A stretch of DNA of 56,588 nt from Verrucomicrobiota bacterium. GTDB lineage: Bacteria > Verrucomicrobiota > Kiritimatiellia > RFP12 > UBA1067. How positions within the stretch are numbered: position 1 is the first letter of the stretch; each line of letters starts with the position of its first letter. Shown here one piece after another: positions 53,301 through 56,588 of the stretch. The stretch spans positions 1-56,588 of the forward strand of contig JAEEHL010000009.1 in the NCBI GenBank assembly GCA_016280825.1, in the 5' to 3' direction. Under the pieces are notes generated by a model. The model was not told the DNA's origin. It saw only the letters and a program-made list of their open reading frames with translations, and did no database searches. The position numbers were made by a program, and so were the translations under genes.

Positions 53301-56163
53301 CGGCGTAGCTCGCCGCCGCAATCCCTCCCTGCCCGGTGCCGCCGTGGCCGCCGCCCATGGCGGACGTAGCTTCGGACGGGGCGAGAGGCCCCTTGAGCGC
53401 GGCAAAGCCCTTTGCAGACACGTCTATGAAGGCGCCGTCCTCGATCGTCACGTCTCCGCCGACCTCGAGGTTGAGCGCATACGCCTTCGCTTCGGCGGTC
53501 GTCTCGTGGCGCTTGTGCGTCAAGGTCGCGCCCTCACGAAGTACAACGTCGCCGGCGACGCGGTTCGTCGCGAGCCCGCAGCCAAGTTCAAGCGTGAGCG
53601 ACCCAGCTCCCGAGCCATAGCATATGTCAAGCGAGGCGATGTCGAGGGCGGTAGCCGCCGTCACCGTTACAGCCACTCCTTCCGGCGGGCGGCGCATGAC
53701 GACGACCGACGTCCCGTCGGATGCAGGGGCGTTGCCGTTTGTCCAGTTCGCAGAGTCGAAGAAGTCGACCGTCCCCGACTCGCTGCAGTCAAAGATGCAG
53801 TCCGTTGTCGGGCGGAACACGGCGCGCAGCACTTTCGGCATGTCGACCGACACTGTTATGTTCGTCGAATAGATGTCTTCCACTCCGTCGGTCGCGCCTG
53901 TCCAGCATAGGAAGTAGTACCCTGCGGCCGGTTCTGCCGCGAGGGTTATGTCAACATCGTTAGTGCACCAACCGCCGCCGACGATGGTTCCCTGCCCCTC
54001 AACAGATGGCGCGGCGTCTATAAAGCGCTCCTCGTTCCACTGCCAGGTGAGAGCGTCATTGCCCGTCGGCGATACGATGCAGGTCGTCGCGTCTTCGCCT
54101 GCGAGCGGCGTCTCCGACGTGCGCGCAAGGACAAGCCCTTCCGTAGGATCCGTCGAATAGAGCGTCCACCCGGCGCAAACGGCCCTGTTGGTCGGGTCAA
54201 TGGCGACCACTGCTGGCGCCGTGTAGGGCTTCGGCGTTCCAATGGAGACGTCCGTGTCGGTCCCGTACGGGATCACGTTCGCCGCATACTGCGCAGGGAC
54301 GCCGGAAATGGAGACCGCGCATTGGAGCGCCTCGGCGTTGCCTGCGACGACGAAATTCTCGTTGTTCATCGAGTCGTATTCCGCCTTCATCCACGTAGCG
54401 CTGCGGGGCACGCGCGCAATGCGGGCTTCCTCAATGTCAATCGGCCTCGCCGCGCAGCCGAACCTGAGGGGCTTGGAACTCCTGCCGAACGCATTTGCAA
54501 TGGCCGTTACGGTAGTGCTAACGGTGTTGGTGCCGTTTACATAGCTCTTGACGGTTGCTCCCTGCGATACCATGGCCACTTGCGTCCAGTTGTCGACAAA
54601 GTTGTCGTGATTGTAGCTTTTCTGGCTGGTTGCGGAGCCATCCTTCCCGGAGGCAAAGTAGAATGCAAGGTCCGTCTCGGGACTTGTTGTTCCGCACAGC
54701 TCCATCACGTAGCCCCAGCGATATGTCCCCGAGGTGGCGGATGATCCGTCGGAAGAATAGGTGCTGCCCCATTTATAGATGATGGTGTCCCATGCGCCTA
54801 CCGGAACGCTTCCGCACTTTTTGAACCAGCACGAAATCGTCGAGGACTCCGGCAGCTGATTGACCAAGAGCCTCATGAATTCATCATAGTTTGGCGCGAT
54901 AAGCCCATAGGAAAGGTTGAGCGCACTGCCGCCAAACGGGGAGTCGATGACAGTCGAGACGTTGGGCGACGAAGCTGACGCGTATGCGTTTGTGGCGTTG
55001 TAGCCGTGCCCGGTCTCGTCGGGAACGCCTGTCACGGGGTCGCAGGAGTTCATATGCCAGACGCCGACGTATTCAGACCAGACTTCTTTTGCAGGGGGAC
55101 GCGGCTCTGCTATGCCCGACCCCCAGAACATGTAGAACTTCGTGTTGGTTCCGGAAACCTGCGGCAGTTTCACCCAGACGAGGGACTCGCCAGTCGTATC
55201 CCAGTTTTCAATATCGCAGGCAAGGCGGTTCTGGCCGTCGGCATCCGTGGCGAAGTAGACGTCTGCCCCGTTCTGAAGGCAGCCGGCATAGCTGAAGCCG
55301 CGTATCGCCGATGGCGACACCCTGACGAGAACCGGGAAGCCGCTCAGCGCCGTTGCGCCGCCCGCATAGCCGGAAACCGTCATTTCGGAACGATAGCCGA
55401 CGGATGCTGCAGACGTATTGAACGAAAAGACCTTGGACACCGTGGGGCCCGCACGGAACGGGACATCTCCGGGGCTCTGGTAGAATTCGCTGCCAACCGT
55501 ATCGAACATTCCAACTGCGCCGTCGGAGTCGCGCCGCGCCGGAACAAACTTTCGCACGTACGTGCTGTTGGACTTGACATATATGTTGAAGCCATATATC
55601 ATCGCAGCGGTGCGGTTGACGGCGCTTGCACCAGTCCCGCCGATAACGCCCATCCAGCAAATGTATATGTTGCCGGAAAGTCCCGTTGAGCCTGTATTGA
55701 ATGTCTGCCCTGTAGGGCCGTCTATTTTCGTGCCGTTAAAATAGAACACTCCGTCGTTTATCTGCCACGTGGCCCTCTCGTTTATGTTTTTCGACAAATT
55801 GTTCAGGCCGGTAATCTGTTTTGTGTGGTTATTACTGTACGCCTTCTTGTAGTAAAGGCGGAAAATGCCCCATGCCTCGCTTGCGTTACGCGTCACAATC
55901 GCCAGCTGATTCGTGCCGTAGGTTGCAGCGCTCGATCCACCGTAGTTCGACCCGCCGAAAAGCGCCTGCTTCGGGTCTGTACTGAGAAGCTTCATGTCGG
56001 CAATGACGTTAAGCCCCGACCGCGCCTGTATGCCAGTGTCGATCCACTGTCGCCCGTCGGACTCGATCCACTCAAGCTGGGTATAGCCGGTTGGCAGGTC
56101 CGCAAGCGCGGAAAGCGCAACTCCGGCAGTTGCGACTACGAGCGATAGACATTTCTTGCACAT
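50308..56163 (-). CDS. Giant secreted multidomain protein (1951 aa): N-terminal YTQLEWIESDGRQWIDTG domain, DUF2341-like, LamG-like, then glycine-rich beta-helix modules
   Basis: Signal peptide MCKKCLSLVVATAGVALSALA and SD AAAGGGGA. FPVLVRVS...VWVKLPQVSGTNTKFYMFWG matches the DUF2341 pattern. GGGGRIAV at nt ~53008-53037 and GAGRIAVY at nt ~50821-50870. Confidence 0.8.
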   Translation of the reverse strand: MCKKCLSLVVATAGVALSALADLPTGYTQLEWIESDGRQWIDTGIQARSGLNVIADMKLLSTDPKQALFGGSNYGGSSAATYGTNQLAIVTRNASEAWGIFRLYYKKAYSNNHTKQITGLNNLSKNINERATWQINDGVFYFNGTKIDGPTGQTFNTGSTGLSGNIYICWMGVIGGTGASAVNRTAAMIYGFNIYVKSNSTYVRKFVPARRDSDGAVGMFDTVGSEFYQSPGDVPFRAGPTVSKVFSFNTSAASVGYRSEMTVSGYAGGATALSGFPVLVRVSPSAIRGFSYAGCLQNGADVYFATDADGQNRLACDIENWDTTGESLVWVKLPQVSGTNTKFYMFWGSGIAEPRPPAKEVWSEYVGVWHMNSCDPVTGVPDETGHGYNATNAYASASSPNVSTVIDSPFGGSALNLSYGLIAPNYDEFMRLLVNQLPESSTISCWFKKCGSVPVGAWDTIIYKWGSTYSSDGSSATSGTYRWGYVMELCGTTSPETDLAFYFASGKDGSATSQKSYNHDNFVDNWTQVAMVSQGATVKSYVNGTNTVSTTVTAIANAFGRSSKPLRFGCAARPIDIEEARIARVPRSATWMKAEYDSMNNENFVVAGNAEALQCAVSISGVPAQYAANVIPYGTDTDVSIGTPKPYTAPAVVAIDPTNRAVCAGWTLYSTDPTEGLVLARTSETPLAGEDATTCIVSPTGNDALTWQWNEERFIDAAPSVEGQGTIVGGGWCTNDVDITLAAEPAAGYYFLCWTGATDGVEDIYSTNITVSVDMPKVLRAVFRPTTDCIFDCSESGTVDFFDSANWTNGNAPASDGTSVVVMRRPPEGVAVTVTAATALDIASLDICYGSGAGSLTLELGCGLATNRVAGDVVLREGATLTHKRHETTAEAKAYALNLEVGGDVTIEDGAFIDVSAKGFAALKGPLAPSEATSAMGGGHGGTGQGGIAAASYAVSADSCYGSIRRPDQPGSGCGNGDASGFGGGVVHIVATNGVVEVEGGIFANGGESEYSSAAGGSIWIECGALEGAGAIHANAGLATASSVGGGGRIAVRQCAASDLSGFTGELRAATPVETGENANAHSVGSVYVENAGDAPDRGELVVDGFGRASAKEGMACRLDAAISDAAEPFGKVTVKRGGRLEIPADVTLKVTGGISVSADADLHTVADGGAIELMPGEDGAFAFGGLVKAYGIYCTNSPGATISFAAGAELRNLAGGSVALLGAEGKPLGLFPEETAATWTFNIVGPDLSNASIEYVAVSNSTASGVMPIAYRSAAGDVGGNYNWAFLDDDIPEGSCFVWTGGNDTQWDVPGNWDRKFVPRSSDFVRIPGGLENYPVLSGSDLYINSITNEAGASLSLSGVELFVSNALYSAGAIVDGGNRIILIGDGDAILDFASGAAAKVYVEKTGGSVTLPSGFAADRFYCVASNALRFVFGAGEEFEFGECNIESRGAEPHILASSAPGEQWSLVLTADQRVRNVTVSDSDASGGAEVKATGAGSNTLNWNFGGNIVEWIAPGSGSWETAENWSTGEVPGEDDDVFIAPASGSVTVTVGAAANIRSLTLGGTDASATLTSAYPVSMSGDFILYKGATATLSSKDTPNAVGGNVLMKSGSTLTHAANARTFARRLYMTVDGSMTIESGAKIYLTYCGFEPYYGPTDNGKNSSTLDHGGAHGSTMSWNGAFMSCNDSIFEPVLPGSGGARQGAGAVYLDVAGDLTVNGTIDARSHRATTEHANYSPGAGGSILVKVGTLKGTGLLTAATATRMNVGGARKAGAGRIAVYQRTGADWSPSASLTITTQNNDNDNTHGGTIYKELPGDGHHGGTIYIEGRQYELPSYGVGYCQFPMMADGDPRRAYKNATLVISDLANIFFVTNESFTGESATLKVKDIIFKSSAPQIRFYNAKILVMTSAHKDGAGWTGGDYASRLSKFTYRGTRGGIEWYRPCMIIHVR

Positions 56164-56192
56164 ACCGATTCCCCTTTCTCAATTGATAAGGT

Positions 56193-56201
56193 ATTATACC
56201 A
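56193..56201 (-). promoter_or_regulatory. Extended -10 promoter TGGTATAAT for the 1951-aa gene
   Basis: The reverse complement of 56193-56201 reads TGGTATAAT, followed by a ~29-nt leader with an SD. Confidence 0.5.
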
Positions 56202-56225
56202 TATCCAATTGGCTATGTCCATTAT

Positions 56226-56249
56226 TTAGTTAGATGGTTGGTCGGTTTG
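56226..56249 (-). repeat. Three tandem 8-nt units (minus strand: caaaccga ccaaccat ctaactaa)
   Basis: Same octamer family as 11066-11113. The terminal CTAACTAA lies 27 nt upstream of TATAAT, the same spacing as at 11107-11141. Confidence 0.7.
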
Positions 56250-56362
56250 AAAGAATTTCTCCAACTCCAACCGCACATCCCGGGTCTGTCCCCAGACATA
56301 CTTTGTGGCTAAAAACTTCTTCTCCACATCTCTCCCTCTACACGGCCAAAACAGTAGTTAGT

Positions 56363-56390
56363 GTGTCAAGTCCCCGCTTAAAGTTGACAC
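56363..56390. repeat. Inverted repeat GTGTCAA-N14-TTGACAC
   Basis: Perfect 7-bp arms, read directly. It could be an operator or a stem-loop. Confidence 0.6.
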
Positions 56391-56542
56391 TTCGTTGTTG
56401 AGTTGTGTTGTTCGATGGCAGGGCGGTACTTCCGCCCCTGCTGCGCCGTGCCGAACGGGGAGGCGGGCGTCCCCGAAGGGGCGCCGCGAAGCGGCGAGCC
56501 CGCGACCCGCAGGGCACACCGTGAAATCATTTCCGGCGGTCA

Positions 56543-56588
56543 TCACGCCACCTCCTTCCACTCGGCGCGGAACGCGGCGGGCGTCTTG
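56543..56588 (-). CDS. 3' end of an unidentified CDS running off the window (...KTPAAFRAEWKEVA, stop TGA 56545-56543)
   Basis: Open frame from the window edge with typical high-GC codon usage. It is too short to identify. Confidence 0.3.
   Translation of the reverse strand, partial: KTPAAFRAEWKEVA

Noticed and set aside
56391-56542. GC-rich structured segment considered as SRP RNA, a ZTP riboswitch or another riboswitch.
   Set aside because: The conserved cores recalled for these families (GGAA/AGCAG symmetric loop of SRP; GGGTCGTG...CCGCCTGGGC of ZTP) are not present in the correct form or arrangement. This needs an Rfam scan to settle.

Overview
High-GC, densely coding bacterial chromosomal window in two strand blocks: plus-strand genes from 1 to 25.2 kb and minus-strand genes from 25.2 to 56.6 kb. 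Many gene junctions are 4-nt ATGA or GTGA overlaps. Recognisable genes include ppiB, DUF1015, DUF2062, queF, a TolC-MacA-MacB-type efflux set, nrnA, rpsP-rplS-infA, a YebC-family gene, an isolated rnfE-like gene, nrdR, a zinc-ribbon/PTS-EIIA fusion and a D-Ala-D-Ala carboxypeptidase. On the minus strand are an M18 aminopeptidase, an aminotransferase, mnmE, larB-larC, an OppF-like ATPase, recJ, ilvE, a DUF2723/TPR membrane protein, a PHP phosphatase and potBC. Four regions stand out. (1) An AT-richer island at about 10.9-18.2 kb encodes Cys-rich secreted or membrane proteins. It carries two 371-bp repeats, tandem octamer (CTAACCAC) arrays, a same-strand GTCTGWCCC motif and consensus TGATATAAT promoters placed 6-9 nt from ATGs, which suggests leaderless transcripts. 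(2) A seven-gene minus-strand operon (40.8-35.8 kb) joins two tiny membrane proteins and larB-larC to three uncharacterised proteins. Two of those three share a GspF/PilC-N-terminus-like cytoplasmic domain. (3) Two giant secreted glycine-rich beta-helix proteins (about 1540 and 1951 aa) share a C-terminal tail, and each overlaps the start of a housekeeping gene. (4) The octamer array recurs at identical spacing upstream of two promoters. No rRNA, tRNA, CRISPR array, transposase or integrase was found. Taxon is undetermined; DUF1573, the pseudopilin-like Cys motif and the giant beta-helix proteins are reminiscent of the PVC group (inference only). Functional calls come from by-eye motif recognition and need a database search to confirm.
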